From an uncultured Candidatus Binatia bacterium (GTDB lineage Bacteria > Desulfobacterota > Binatia > UBA9968 > JAJDTQ01), in the NCBI GenBank assembly GCA_964291295.2, contig OZ219754.1, forward strand, positions 2,880,001-2,944,000: 64,000 nucleotides of DNA, given 5' to 3'. Positions within the stretch are counted from its first letter, which is position 1; each line of letters begins with the position of its first letter. Shown here one piece after another: positions 50,062-60,164 of this stretch. The position numbers and the translations under genes were made by a program. A model generated the notes under the pieces. The model worked only from the letters and a program-made list of their open reading frames with translations. It was not told the DNA's origin and did no database searches.

Positions 50062-51387
50062 TCACTTGGCATGAGGCACAACCGATGCCCCCTGCCCGGC
50101 GGTCCGCCAATTCCTTGTCTTCTCGAGACTTTCAAAAAAACCGGGGAACGATACCCGGACGCACGCTTCGTTCGACAGCGAGACCCCGCCCCGGGCCGAC
50201 AGGCCGGCGACCGCCAGCGCCATGGCCACGCGGTGGTCGCCGTGGCTCTCCACCGACGCGCCGCGGAGCTCTCCGGCACCCTCCACCCGCACATCATCGC
50301 CCCGGACGTCCATTCTCACGCCCATCTTCGAAAGCTCGCGGCTCATGGCGGCGATGCGGTCCGACTCCTTGAAGCGGAGCTCTCCGACGCCGCGAAACAG
50401 CGTGGTCCCCCGGGCCAGCGCCGCGGCCACGAACAGCACCGGATACTCGTCTATGGTGCGGGGCACGAAATCGGACCGGACCTCGATCCCCTCCAGTACG
50501 CCGCCTCTCACGCGCAAGTCGGCCACCGTCTCGCCGGCCTCTTCCCGGGTGCGGGTCACCTCGACGGCCGCGCCCATGGCTCGAAGCACATCGATGACGC
50601 CGCTGCGTGTCGGATTGCAGCCGACTCCCAGGATGGAGACGTCCGACCCCGGTACGGTGGCCGCGGCCACGGCGAGAAACGCCGCCGACGACAGGTCTCC
50701 CGGGACCCTGAGCCGTGTCCCCGAAAGCTCCTGCCCGCCCTTGACCCGCACCGCCCGGCCATCGCTCTCCACCCGGGCGCCGAAACCCCGAGCCATGATC
50801 TCGGTGTGGTCCCGGGACCGGCCAGGCTCCTCGAAGCGCGTCTCGCCCCGGGCCTGCAAACCCGCCAGCAGCACCGCCGACTTGACCTGGGCGCTGGCCA
50901 CCGAAGCGGCATAGTCGATGCCGTGGAGCCGCTGGCCATGAATCTTCAGCGGCGCGCGACCGTCCTGCCCGGTCACCCGGCCGCCCATGCGCGCCAGCGG
51001 CTCGATCACGCGCTCCATGGGACGGGTGCGAAGCGAGCCGTCGCCATCCAGCGTGACCTCGAAGGGGCGCCCCGCCAGGAGTCCCGCCAGCAAACGCATG
51101 GTGGTTCCGGAATTGCCGCAGTCGAGGATGCCCGGCGGCGGCCGCAATCCGTCCCAGCCGTTGCCGGTGATGCACAAGGTGTCGCCCTCGCGCCGAAACT
51201 CGACACCCATGCGCCGGAAGGCCGCCACCGTGCGGGAGTTGTCGGCCCCGCCGGACAGGTTGGCGATGCGCGTCTCGCCCCGGGCCACGGCCCCCATGAT
51301 GACGGCGCGATGGCCGATGGACTTGTCCCCCGGCACCTCAAGCTCCCCCTTGAGGGGATGCGAAGTCTGTTCCACCCGCACCGTCAT
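50062..51387 (-). CDS. aroA: 3-phosphoshikimate 1-carboxyvinyltransferase
   Basis: PGDKSIGHR, DCGNSGTTMR, ASAQVKSA, SRDHTE, KESDRI, DHRVAM. Confidence 0.97.
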   Translation of the reverse strand: MTVRVEQTSHPLKGELEVPGDKSIGHRAVIMGAVARGETRIANLSGGADNSRTVAAFRRMGVEFRREGDTLCITGNGWDGLRPPPGILDCGNSGTTMRLLAGLLAGRPFEVTLDGDGSLRTRPMERVIEPLARMGGRVTGQDGRAPLKIHGQRLHGIDYAASVASAQVKSAVLLAGLQARGETRFEEPGRSRDHTEIMARGFGARVESDGRAVRVKGGQELSGTRLRVPGDLSSAAFLAVAAATVPGSDVSILGVGCNPTRSGVIDVLRAMGAAVEVTRTREEAGETVADLRVRGGVLEGIEVRSDFVPRTIDEYPVLFVAAALARGTTLFRGVGELRFKESDRIAAMSRELSKMGVRMDVRGDDVRVEGAGELRGASVESHGDHRVAMALAVAGLSARGGVSLSNEACVRVSFPGFFESLEKTRNWRTAGQGASVVPHAK

Positions 51388-51390
51388 GCG

Positions 51391-52245
51391 CTAGGCGATC
51401 CTTTTCCGGGTGGCCAGGGCGCGCTCGAACTCCCGTTCAAGCCGCGGCCCGTCGTTCCGGCGTATGCAGTCCATGAAGCGCTCGATTCCCCGGGCATGCT
51501 CCCGGAGCCCCTTGAGCACCGCCTCGCGGTTGAGAAGACAGATGTCGCGCCACAGCTCCGGACGGCCGCCCGCGATGCGGGTGGTGTCCCGGAACCCCGC
51601 ACCGCAGTACGCGGCCAGGTCCAGGGAATCCACCTTGCTGCGCTCCAGGGCGTTCACCAGCGCGGAGGCGGCCACGTGGGGCAGATGGCTCACCACGCCC
51701 AGAACCCGGTCGTGGAGCGCCGCGTCCATCAACTCGACCTTCGCTCCCACGCGCCGCCAGAAAGTCCGCAGCCTCTTGACGGCGGCGGGGTCGCTCCTGG
51801 CGGTCGGGGTGATGATGCAACGGCGGCGGGCGAACAGGTCCGCCCGGGCCGCATCCGGCCCCCATTGATCGCTGCCCGCAATGGGGTGGGCTCCGACGAA
51901 GGCCGGGCCCCCCTTCAGCAGTCGCTCCATGTCCGCCACGACTCGGCGTTTCACGCTGCCCACGTCGCTGACCAGGCACCTCCGATCAAGGCGCGGCCGA
52001 AACGACCGGGTCAGCGGCGCGATGGCGTTCACCGGCGTCGCCAGCACGAGAAGGTCCGTCTCCTCGGGAAAAGCCTGCGGGTCCAGGAAATAACGATCCA
52101 GGATGCCGATCTTCCTTGCCCGCCGCAGCGTCTTCCCGTTGCGCCCGTATCCCACCACCTGCTCCACCAACCCTCGTTCCCTGGCGGCCAATGCCAGGGA
52201 GCCGCCGATGAGCCCCACCCCCGCGATCACCATGGTGCGAAACAT
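51391..52245 (-). CDS. tyrA: Prephenate/arogenate dehydrogenase
   Basis: GVGLIGGS, SDVGSVK, HPIAG, SHLPH, GFRDTTRIA. Confidence 0.93.
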   Translation of the reverse strand: MFRTMVIAGVGLIGGSLALAARERGLVEQVVGYGRNGKTLRRARKIGILDRYFLDPQAFPEETDLLVLATPVNAIAPLTRSFRPRLDRRCLVSDVGSVKRRVVADMERLLKGGPAFVGAHPIAGSDQWGPDAARADLFARRRCIITPTARSDPAAVKRLRTFWRRVGAKVELMDAALHDRVLGVVSHLPHVAASALVNALERSKVDSLDLAAYCGAGFRDTTRIAGGRPELWRDICLLNREAVLKGLREHARGIERFMDCIRRNDGPRLEREFERALATRKRIA

Positions 52246-53348
52246 CAGCCGTCCCGGCCTCCTTCACGGACCTGCGCGAGGCAGTCCAGGAACTTCCGGT
52301 TTTCGTCCGGGGTCCCCACGGTCACCCGCACATGTTCGGGAAACTCCGGACCCACGGGCCGGACAATGACGCCCCGGCGCAACAGCGCCTCGAATACCCG
52401 GCCCGCCTCGCCGACCCGCACCAGGAGGAAGTTGGCATGACTCGGCACCCATTGGACCCCCAGGGCCGTCAGGCCCTCGGCCAGAAGGGCCAGACCCCGG
52501 CCGTTCCCCTCCACGCTCCGGCGCAGATGTTCCGTGTCTTCCACCGCCGCCGCGGCCGCCCACTGGGCGGCCGCATTGACGTTGAAGGGTTCCCGCACCT
52601 GGTTCATCATGGCCACGATGTCGGGGCGGGCGACGCCGTAGCCGATACGCAGGCCCGCGAGGCCGTGGACCTTGGAAAAGGTCCGGATGGTCAGGATCGC
52701 CCGGTCGTCCCGGTGGTCGTCGAGGGAATCGGGGTAGTCCGGGTCGGTGGCGTACTCGAAGTAGGCCTCGTCCGCCACCACCAGCACCTCCGGCCCCACC
52801 CGATCGAGAAAGGCCTCCCACTCTCGCCGCCGATAGATGGTGCCCGTGGGGTTGTTGGGGTTGGCCAGGAAGACGCAACGCGTCTCGGGCGTCAAGGCCC
52901 GGGCCATGGCGTCGAGATCGTAGCCGTAGTCCTTGAGCGGCACGGTGCGCGTCACCGCGCCGATGGCATCAAGGGCGAGGCCGTAGGCCACGAAGGTGCC
53001 CCGGGACAACAGCGCCTCGTCCCCGGGCCGCATGAACGTCCGTACCGCCATCTCGATGAGTTCGTTGGAGCCATTGCCGAAGATCAGCCGTCGGGGCTCC
53101 ACCCCGAGCCTGGCGGCCAGCGCATTGCGGAGATGGAAGCAGCCGCCGTCAGGGTAGCGGTGAAGCGCCTCCAGCCGTTCCCGCAACGCGGCCACGGCCA
53201 TGGGAGACGGACCCAGAGGGTTCTCGTTGGAGGCCAGCTTGGCCGACCCCTCAATGCCGTATTCCCGCTCCACCTCGTCAATGGGCTTGCCTGGCACGTA
53301 TGGCACGATGCGCCGGATGTGGTCCGGAACCTGATCGACGATACTCAT
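52245..53348 (-). CDS. hisC: Histidinol-phosphate aminotransferase
   Basis: KLASNENPLG, GNGSNE, NPNNPTG, DEAY, RTFSKVHGLAGLRIGY. Confidence 0.95.
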   Translation of the reverse strand: MSIVDQVPDHIRRIVPYVPGKPIDEVEREYGIEGSAKLASNENPLGPSPMAVAALRERLEALHRYPDGGCFHLRNALAARLGVEPRRLIFGNGSNELIEMAVRTFMRPGDEALLSRGTFVAYGLALDAIGAVTRTVPLKDYGYDLDAMARALTPETRCVFLANPNNPTGTIYRRREWEAFLDRVGPEVLVVADEAYFEYATDPDYPDSLDDHRDDRAILTIRTFSKVHGLAGLRIGYGVARPDIVAMMNQVREPFNVNAAAQWAAAAAVEDTEHLRRSVEGNGRGLALLAEGLTALGVQWVPSHANFLLVRVGEAGRVFEALLRRGVIVRPVGPEFPEHVRVTVGTPDENRKFLDCLAQVREGGRDG

Positions 53349-53352
53349 GGAC

Positions 53353-54429
53353 TCATAGACTGCGGGGATAGGATCCGAGGACCTTCAGGGAGACGCAGCT
53401 CCTGGCCAGCTGGTTCAGCGCGCGCTTCACTAGGGGCTGTTCCTGATGACCTCTGAAATCGATGAAGAAGACATACTCCCATGCCTTCCGGCGCGAGGGA
53501 CGCGACTCGATCTTGGTGAGGTTGATACCATGCTTCGCGAAGGGCGCCAGCAGGTCGTGGAGCACGCCGACACGGTCCTTGGCGGCGAAGACGATGCTGG
53601 TCTTGTCCTCGCCGGTGGGCGACGGCGGGTCATCGCCGATGACGAAAAAACGCGTGATGTTGTCGTGATTGTCGGCGATGTTGGCTTCAAGGATCCTGAG
53701 CCCGTAGATATCGCCCGCCATGCGGCTGGCCACCGCCGCCGCGGTACGGTCCGAACCAGCCTCCCGGGCTGCCTGCGCCGTGCTCGAGACCTCTTCCACG
53801 GAGGCATCGGCGAAGTGGGCGGCGAGCCAGCGGCGGCATTGGCCCAGGGCGTGCGGATGGGAGAGAACACGCCGAACATCCCTGGCCCGACCCGACCGGG
53901 AAAGCAGGCAGAGCTCGATGTCGACGCTGACTTCGCCGCAGACCTGGACGTCGGAGTCCTGCAACAGATCCAGGGTGTGGGTCACCACCCCTTCGGTGGA
54001 GTTCTCCACCGGCACCACCCCGTAGTCGACATTGCCCGCGCTCACTTCCCGGAACACGTCGTCGATGGTGCGCTCGGGAGCGTAGCGCACGGTACTGCCG
54101 AAATGCCGCTGCGCAGCCATGTGGGTGAAGGTGGCCTCGGGGCCGAAGAACGCCACCCTCATGCGGGCCTCGATACCCCGGCAGGCCGACAACACCTCCC
54201 GGTACACGGCGCGAACCGACGCGTCGGGCAACGGCCCCGCGTTGGCGGCGGTGGCCTGCCGGTACACGGCGCGCTCCCGGCTCGCCACGTAGACAGCTTT
54301 TCCGGTGAGACTTTTCTGATGACCGATCTTCAGGGCAAGGGATGCCCTCTCGTTGAGAAGCGCTACAATCCTGGAATCAACCTGATCGATCCTTTTGCGG
54401 AGGGCATCTAGCGAGTCTCTGCGGCTCAA
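53353..54429 (-). CDS. pheA: Chorismate mutase/prephenate dehydratase
   Basis: LRKRIDQVD, PVENSTEG, NITRF, NLTKIESRP. Confidence 0.96.
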   Translation of the reverse strand: MSRRDSLDALRKRIDQVDSRIVALLNERASLALKIGHQKSLTGKAVYVASRERAVYRQATAANAGPLPDASVRAVYREVLSACRGIEARMRVAFFGPEATFTHMAAQRHFGSTVRYAPERTIDDVFREVSAGNVDYGVVPVENSTEGVVTHTLDLLQDSDVQVCGEVSVDIELCLLSRSGRARDVRRVLSHPHALGQCRRWLAAHFADASVEEVSSTAQAAREAGSDRTAAAVASRMAGDIYGLRILEANIADNHDNITRFFVIGDDPPSPTGEDKTSIVFAAKDRVGVLHDLLAPFAKHGINLTKIESRPSRRKAWEYVFFIDFRGHQEQPLVKRALNQLARSCVSLKVLGSYPRSL

Positions 54430-54596
54430 TGAAAACCTCGAGGGGGATGGATTGGGACCGAAGGGCTACGTTAGCCGAACGCCCGCGCAATTGCAACTCC
54501 GCGCCGCTGCGGCCGTTTATCCGCCCCCCGGCGGTCCGGAGGGCCGTCGAAGCCGGACCGGAATCATGGTAGTCTCCCCGGAACGACGGACCTCCG

Positions 54597-55484
54597 ATGC
54601 AGCAACAGACCCGGGCCTACCTGTACGCCGGCGCCACCGTGCTCTGCTGGTCCACCGCGGCGGCGGCGTTCAAGCTCTCCCTCCGCCACCTGGAACCCCA
54701 CCTTCTGGTGTTCTGTGCATCGGTGGTTTCCACCGCCGTGCTGTTCGGCATCACTGCGGCCACCGGCCGTCTCGGCCAGCTCCGGGAATGGCGCGCCGGC
54801 GACCTTGGCGTTTCCCTTGGCCTGGGTTTCCTGAACCCCTTCCTCTACTACCTCGTCCTCTTCACGGCCTACGAACTCCTGCCCGCTCAGACGGCACTGA
54901 CGCTCAATTTCACTTGGCCCATGGTGCTGGCGCTGTTCTCCATCCTCATGCTCCGGCAGCCCATCCGCGCCGGCGCCATCGGCGCCATGGCCATCAGCTT
55001 CTCCGGGATGGTCCTCATCGCCGCCCGGGGCGACCCGCCGGGACTCGACCTCGTCAACCCGCAGGGGGTGGCTCTGGCGCTCGGGAGCACCCTGGTATGG
55101 ACGCTGTACTGGATCTGCGGGGTCCGAGACGACCGCGACCCGGTGACCCGACTGCTGCTCAATTTCGCGTTCGGCTGCGTTTTCTCGGGCGGTTACCTGT
55201 GGCTTGCGGGCGGTCTGGAGACCGGTCTGGAGACACCGGGTGCGCCGGGCCTGGCGGGGGCGGCCCATATCGGCCTCTTCGAAATGGGCCTTGCGTACGT
55301 CACCTGGCTTCAGGCCCTGAAGCTCTCCCGCACCACCGCGCACGTGGCCCAGCTGATCTACCTGACACCCTTCCTCTCGCTGCTGGTGATCCGGCTGGTG
55401 GTGGGAGAGCCCATCCAGCCCGGCACCGTGGCGGGACTGGTGCTCATCGTCGGCGGTATCGCGCTGCAGCGGCGGACGGGCTGA
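54597..55484 (+). CDS. DMT/EamA family transporter
   Basis: About 10 hydrophobic segments in two EamA repeats; WSTAAAAFK, LNFTWP, YLTPFLSL. Confidence 0.88.
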   Translation: MQQQTRAYLYAGATVLCWSTAAAAFKLSLRHLEPHLLVFCASVVSTAVLFGITAATGRLGQLREWRAGDLGVSLGLGFLNPFLYYLVLFTAYELLPAQTALTLNFTWPMVLALFSILMLRQPIRAGAIGAMAISFSGMVLIAARGDPPGLDLVNPQGVALALGSTLVWTLYWICGVRDDRDPVTRLLLNFAFGCVFSGGYLWLAGGLETGLETPGAPGLAGAAHIGLFEMGLAYVTWLQALKLSRTTAHVAQLIYLTPFLSLLVIRLVVGEPIQPGTVAGLVLIVGGIALQRRTG

Positions 55485-55561
55485 CCCGCAGGCAAGGGTC
55501 CGCTTCGTCAACGGGAACGACAGCGGGCTGGCCGCGCCGACCCGCGGGCGGCGTCCATCCG

Positions 55562-56929
55562 TCAGCCCGTCAGACGGCTCATGAGCCGACGCGCCCTTTC
55601 CACCGCGCCCGGCTCGATGGAAAGGGTCGCGGCGAAATCGCCCAGGGGCCGGGTGGCGTCGATGCCCATCTTCGCCGTAACGGCATCGGTGGCCGAGGGG
55701 TCCAGCAGCGTGCCCATGGCCTCGTCAACGATGAAAACGTCGCGGTCGGCCTGCATCCGGGTGGCCATGGCCCACAGCACCTGCTCTTCGTCGAATACAT
55801 CGATGTCCGCGTCCACCACCACCACCAGCTTGACGTAGTGGTCCGCCCCCAGCACGCTGAAGATGGCCTGCTTGGCCTGTCCTTCCGCGGTCTTTCTCAG
55901 GGAGACATAACAGTGGAAGCTGCCGATGCCCGACCGCACCGGCACGTGCACCGCCTTGAGATTGGGAATGGTCTTCCCCAGCACGTGGGTGAACTCCACT
56001 TCCCGGGGCATGGACAGGCAACGGCAGTGCTCCAGGCTGTCGCCGCCGTTGATATCCTGGTAGACGGCCCCGTTGCGGTAGTGCAACGCCGTGGCCTCGA
56101 ACACGTTCTCGGTGCTCCGGCTCGAGGCGTAGCCGGTGAACTCGCCGAACGGCCCCTCCTTCTCCCGCACGTCCTTGAGGATCCGCCCCTCGATGACGAC
56201 CTCCGACCACCGCGGCACGTCGACGTCCACGGTGGCACAGCGCGTCAACTCCAACGGTTCTCCCAGAAGCCCGCCCTGAAGCGCGAACTTCTCCGTTCCC
56301 GCCGGCGGCAGCGTCAATGCCCCCAGTGAGACCAGCGGGTGCACACCGATGCAGACCGCGGCCTCCAGGGACTCCCCCTTCTCCTCGGCGCGCCGGAAGT
56401 ACTCGAACATGCGCCGCCGGGAATGGAGGCTGACCCCCAGCTTGCGCGGCCCCTTGAGCTGCATTCGATGGAACCCCACCGTACGCATGCCGGACTGTGG
56501 ATCCCGCGCCACCACCAGCCCGGCGGTCACATAGGGGCCGCCGTCCTGCTCGAAATGGGTCAGCACCGGGAGTCGTCCCAAGTCCACCGATTCACCCAGC
56601 AGGGTGTTTTCCTGGAACGGGGCGTCTTTCAACACCGCGGGCCGCATGGGCTGCTGGATCCGCTCCCTGAACTCGTTCACCAGCCCTTCCTCCGGCGTGC
56701 CGAAGATCCAGGCCAGTCGCGGGCGGTGCGCCAGCACGTTGGCCGCCACGGTGAAGTCACTCCCGGTGATGTTCCGGAATATCACCACCGGACAGGACGG
56801 CAGCCGTTCAGCCTCCATCACCAGAGCAGTGGCCTCGAACTCCCGGGACACCGGCTCCCCGACTTCGAGCCACTGCTCCGGACACGCTTCCTTCAATCGC
56901 TTCAGGAAACCCTGCAGATCCTGTGGCAC
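55562..56929 (-). CDS. UbiD family (prFMN-dependent) decarboxylase
   Basis: DGGPYVTAG, GFHRMQ, EGPFGEFTGY, VVVDADIDVFD, WAMATR, KMGIDATRP. Confidence 0.92.
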   Translation of the reverse strand: MPQDLQGFLKRLKEACPEQWLEVGEPVSREFEATALVMEAERLPSCPVVIFRNITGSDFTVAANVLAHRPRLAWIFGTPEEGLVNEFRERIQQPMRPAVLKDAPFQENTLLGESVDLGRLPVLTHFEQDGGPYVTAGLVVARDPQSGMRTVGFHRMQLKGPRKLGVSLHSRRRMFEYFRRAEEKGESLEAAVCIGVHPLVSLGALTLPPAGTEKFALQGGLLGEPLELTRCATVDVDVPRWSEVVIEGRILKDVREKEGPFGEFTGYASSRSTENVFEATALHYRNGAVYQDINGGDSLEHCRCLSMPREVEFTHVLGKTIPNLKAVHVPVRSGIGSFHCYVSLRKTAEGQAKQAIFSVLGADHYVKLVVVVDADIDVFDEEQVLWAMATRMQADRDVFIVDEAMGTLLDPSATDAVTAKMGIDATRPLGDFAATLSIEPGAVERARRLMSRLTG

Positions 56930-56947
56930 TCGATTCTCCTCGACGAG

Positions 56948-58177
56948 TCAGGTGAACCTCTCGGCCACCGCCTCGATGTTGCAGTCGAGAGGCTCGGGCG
57001 GATCGACGGCCCGCAGCGCGGCATCGACGTCCTTGAGGCCGTGGCCCGTGGACAGGACGACGACGCGCTCCGCCGGCGAGATGTCGCCCCGTTCCACGAG
57101 TCTCACCAGCGCGGCAACCGCGGCCGCTGCCGCGGGCTCGGCGAACAGGCCGGTGGTGCCGCCCAGAAGCCGCATGGCTTCCAGGATCTCGCCGTCCGAT
57201 ACGCTCACCGCGACCCCGCCGGAGGCCCGTAGATCCTGCACCGCCATGACCCCGTTGCGCGGCAACGCCACGCGGATGCTGTCGGCCAGGGTCTCCTCGG
57301 CGCCCGGCCGTATGGTCCCGTCGCCGTCGAAGGCCTGCTTGATGGCCTGCGAACCCTCGGCCTGGGCCGCCACCAGCCGCGGCAGCCGCGAGGTCCACCC
57401 CAGTCGTCGAAGGTCCGTGAAACCCTTCCAGACGCCGCTCAGGATACAGCCGTCGCCGGTGGCGACAATGACCGTGTCCGGCGGCTCCCAGCCCAACTGC
57501 TCGGCAATCTCCAGCGCCGCGGTCTTCTTGCCCTCCACGGTGTAGGGGTTGTAGCCGGTGTTGCGGTTGTACCACCGGAAGCGTTCGCCGGCCTCGACGC
57601 ACAGGCTGAAGGCGCGGGAATAGCTGCCGCGGATGGAAAGAACGTCCGCGCCGAAGATCAGGAGTTGCGCCACCTTGGCCCGGGGCGCGGTTTCGGGCAC
57701 GAAGATGTGACAGCGCAGCCCCAGGGCGGCCGAGAGGCAGGCCAGCGACGCGCCGGCGTTGCCGGTGGAGGCAGTGGCAAACTCCCGGCGGCCCAGTTCC
57801 ATCCCCTTGAGCAGCACCACGGAACTGGCCCGGTCCTTCAGGGAGGCGGAGGGGTTGGCGGTATCGTCCTTGATCCAGAGCCGTTCCAGACCCAGCGCCC
57901 GTCTCAGGCCTGGCACCGGGCACAGCGGCGTGGCTCCCACCGCCAGCGGGAACTCCACCGCGTCCGCCGCCAGCGGCAGCAACGGCAGGTAGCGCCAATG
58001 GTCCCGGAATGGCGCCGCGGCCAGCGCGCCGCGGCTCGCCGAAGCGCGCATCCGCTCGTAGTCGTAGGAAACCCTAAGAGTCCCCAACTCGCCGCAGGCC
58101 GGGCAACCGTACCGGTCCGGACCCTCCCGCCAGGCGGCGCCGCACAGGACGCAGGTCAGGTTTTCCGGCAGGGGCAT
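56948..58177 (-). CDS. thrC: Threonine synthase-like PLP enzyme (fold type II) with N-terminal zinc ribbon
   Basis: NPSASLKDR, ASTGNAG, EGKKT, TGDG, EPAAA, TGHGLKD; function may not be threonine synthesis. Confidence 0.8.
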   Translation of the reverse strand: MPLPENLTCVLCGAAWREGPDRYGCPACGELGTLRVSYDYERMRASASRGALAAAPFRDHWRYLPLLPLAADAVEFPLAVGATPLCPVPGLRRALGLERLWIKDDTANPSASLKDRASSVVLLKGMELGRREFATASTGNAGASLACLSAALGLRCHIFVPETAPRAKVAQLLIFGADVLSIRGSYSRAFSLCVEAGERFRWYNRNTGYNPYTVEGKKTAALEIAEQLGWEPPDTVIVATGDGCILSGVWKGFTDLRRLGWTSRLPRLVAAQAEGSQAIKQAFDGDGTIRPGAEETLADSIRVALPRNGVMAVQDLRASGGVAVSVSDGEILEAMRLLGGTTGLFAEPAAAAAVAALVRLVERGDISPAERVVVLSTGHGLKDVDAALRAVDPPEPLDCNIEAVAERFT

Positions 58178-58201
58178 CGCGGGGAGTGGCGGCGGGCCCG
58201 G

Positions 58202-59236
58202 CTACCGCACCACATGGAGGTTGCGGCGCGCCAGCCTGGCGCGGTCCTCCTCGCTCACGGGATGTGCGCGGTCGGGGATCTCCACGGCCGGCTCCCTGCC
58301 GAACAGCGGCGTGGAAAAGTAACGCATGCCGGTGTCGTTGATCAGGGTCACGATCATCTTCGTGGACGGCAACGCCGCCGACAGCCGGTTGGCTGCGGCA
58401 ACGTTGCAGCCCGACGAGATGCCGCACAGCACGCCTTCTTCGCGCGCCAGGCGCCGGGCCATGGCGATGGAGTCCTCCGACGAGACCGTCACCACCCCGT
58501 CGACCCAGTCCAGGTCCAGATTCTCCGGGATGAAACCGTCGCCGATGCCCTCGATGGCGTGCGGCCCCCAGGTTCCGCCCGACAGGATCGGACACTCGGC
58601 GGGCTCCACGGCGTAGACCTTCGCATTCGAGTTCCGCTCCTTGAGATACCGGCCGACGCCGGACACGGTACCGCCGCTGCCCTGGGAAGCCACGAACACG
58701 TCCACCTGGCCGCCGGTCTGCTGCCATATCTCCGGACCCGTGGTCTCGTAGTGCGCCGCGATGTTGTCCCGGTTGGAGAACTGGCCGGGCTCCCAGTAAC
58801 GATCCGGCTCGGCGCGCTTGAGTTCCTCCACCTTCTCCAGACACAAATCCACGTCGCTCTCCGCTCCCGGGGTCAGCACCAGTTCCGCGCCATAGGCGCG
58901 CATGGTGGCCTTGCGCTCCTCGCTCATGCCCTCGGGCATGACGATCACCACCGGATAGCCGCAAACCGCGCCGATCATGGCGGTGGCGATGCCGGTGCTG
59001 CCGGTGGAGGCCTCCAGGAGGGTCATGCCGGGCTTGAGATCGCCGCGCTCCTCCGCGCTTCGGACCATGCGGCGCAGGATCCGGTCCTTGAGACTCGACG
59101 AGGGGTTCATGAACTCGAGCTTGCCGCACAACGTCTGGGGTCCGGCCGCCACCTTGCGAAGCCGCAGCAGCGGCGTCAACCCCGCCGTCTCGGTGATGTC
59201 CTCCGCGATCCGTCCACGCGCGGCCCAATCCGTCAT
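58202..59236 (-). CDS. Cysteine synthase family PLP enzyme (divergent)
   Basis: KLEFMNPSSSLKDR, EASTGSTG, MPEGMSEER, GPEIWQQ, QGSGGT, IEGIG, GISSG, RYFST. Confidence 0.88.
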   Translation of the reverse strand: MTDWAARGRIAEDITETAGLTPLLRLRKVAAGPQTLCGKLEFMNPSSSLKDRILRRMVRSAEERGDLKPGMTLLEASTGSTGIATAMIGAVCGYPVVIVMPEGMSEERKATMRAYGAELVLTPGAESDVDLCLEKVEELKRAEPDRYWEPGQFSNRDNIAAHYETTGPEIWQQTGGQVDVFVASQGSGGTVSGVGRYLKERNSNAKVYAVEPAECPILSGGTWGPHAIEGIGDGFIPENLDLDWVDGVVTVSSEDSIAMARRLAREEGVLCGISSGCNVAAANRLSAALPSTKMIVTLINDTGMRYFSTPLFGREPAVEIPDRAHPVSEEDRARLARRNLHVVR

Positions 59237-59271
59237 GGCTGTCCTCTCCGATCCGACACGAGGCCGCCCGG

Positions 59272-60144
59272 TCAAAGACCCAGCATGGCCCTGGGATTGT
59301 CGATGATGAGCTTCTCCACGTTCCTGGGCGAGACGCCCTTCTCGTAGAGGCCCTGGGCGTAGAGCCACAGCGCCTCCGGCGGCAAGGGGTTGTGAGACTG
59401 GCCGGTATCGCTCATGACCACGCAGTTGTCGAAGCCCATGGAGTCCATGATGCCCTTGGTGAACTCCAGGTTCACATAGGCCCACATGGGCGAGATGGTG
59501 CAGTAGCCGAACTCGCCGATGGCGCCGTAGCGCATCATCTGCTTCAGGAAATCGAGGTTCATGCCCGCGGGCACGCGAAAGTAGGGATGGGTGATCAGGA
59601 TCTTCCGGACCCCCCGCTCGTGGGCCGCCTTCACCAGCAGCTCGATCTCTCCCAGGGAGAGATGCGCGGTCCCCAGGATGGCGTCGTACTTGGCGATGAG
59701 TTCCAGCACCACCAGGGCCTCGTCCACCACCTTTCCGTCCTTGACCGCCGAGATGGGCTCCCCCCAGACGAAATCCGAACCGCTGGTCTGGGTGTCGTAG
59801 CTGCCCCGGGCGCCGTGGACCTCCACGTGGTGCGCCGCGTCGATGGTGGGCATCCAGATCTCCTTGGCTCCCAGCCGTAGCCCCACCTCGGCCGCCGCCG
59901 GATTGATGCCGCCCACGAACTGGTTCATCACCACGCCGCCGAAGACCTTGATGTCGGGAAACTCCTTCTGAATGAGCCAGGCGCGGCTGACCGTGCTCTC
60001 ATGGTGGCACTTCAGCACGATGGCCGCCATGCCCGCCTCCGCGGCCGCCTGCACGGCCTGACGGTCGTCCACCCGCCGCTGGAAAACGCAGGGATAGGAG
60101 TGGACGTGCAGGTCCACGGCACCGTCGAGTTTCATGAACTCCAT
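59272..60144 (-). CDS. TIM-barrel metal-dependent hydrolase (DUF6282-like)
   Basis: DLHVH, LKCHH, WMPT, TAHLS, ITHP, SDTGQ; GGAGG RBS. Confidence 0.75.
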   Translation of the reverse strand: MEFMKLDGAVDLHVHSYPCVFQRRVDDRQAVQAAAEAGMAAIVLKCHHESTVSRAWLIQKEFPDIKVFGGVVMNQFVGGINPAAAEVGLRLGAKEIWMPTIDAAHHVEVHGARGSYDTQTSGSDFVWGEPISAVKDGKVVDEALVVLELIAKYDAILGTAHLSLGEIELLVKAAHERGVRKILITHPYFRVPAGMNLDFLKQMMRYGAIGEFGYCTISPMWAYVNLEFTKGIMDSMGFDNCVVMSDTGQSHNPLPPEALWLYAQGLYEKGVSPRNVEKLIIDNPRAMLGL

Positions 60145-60164
60145 GGGTCTCCTCCAGCCTGCCT

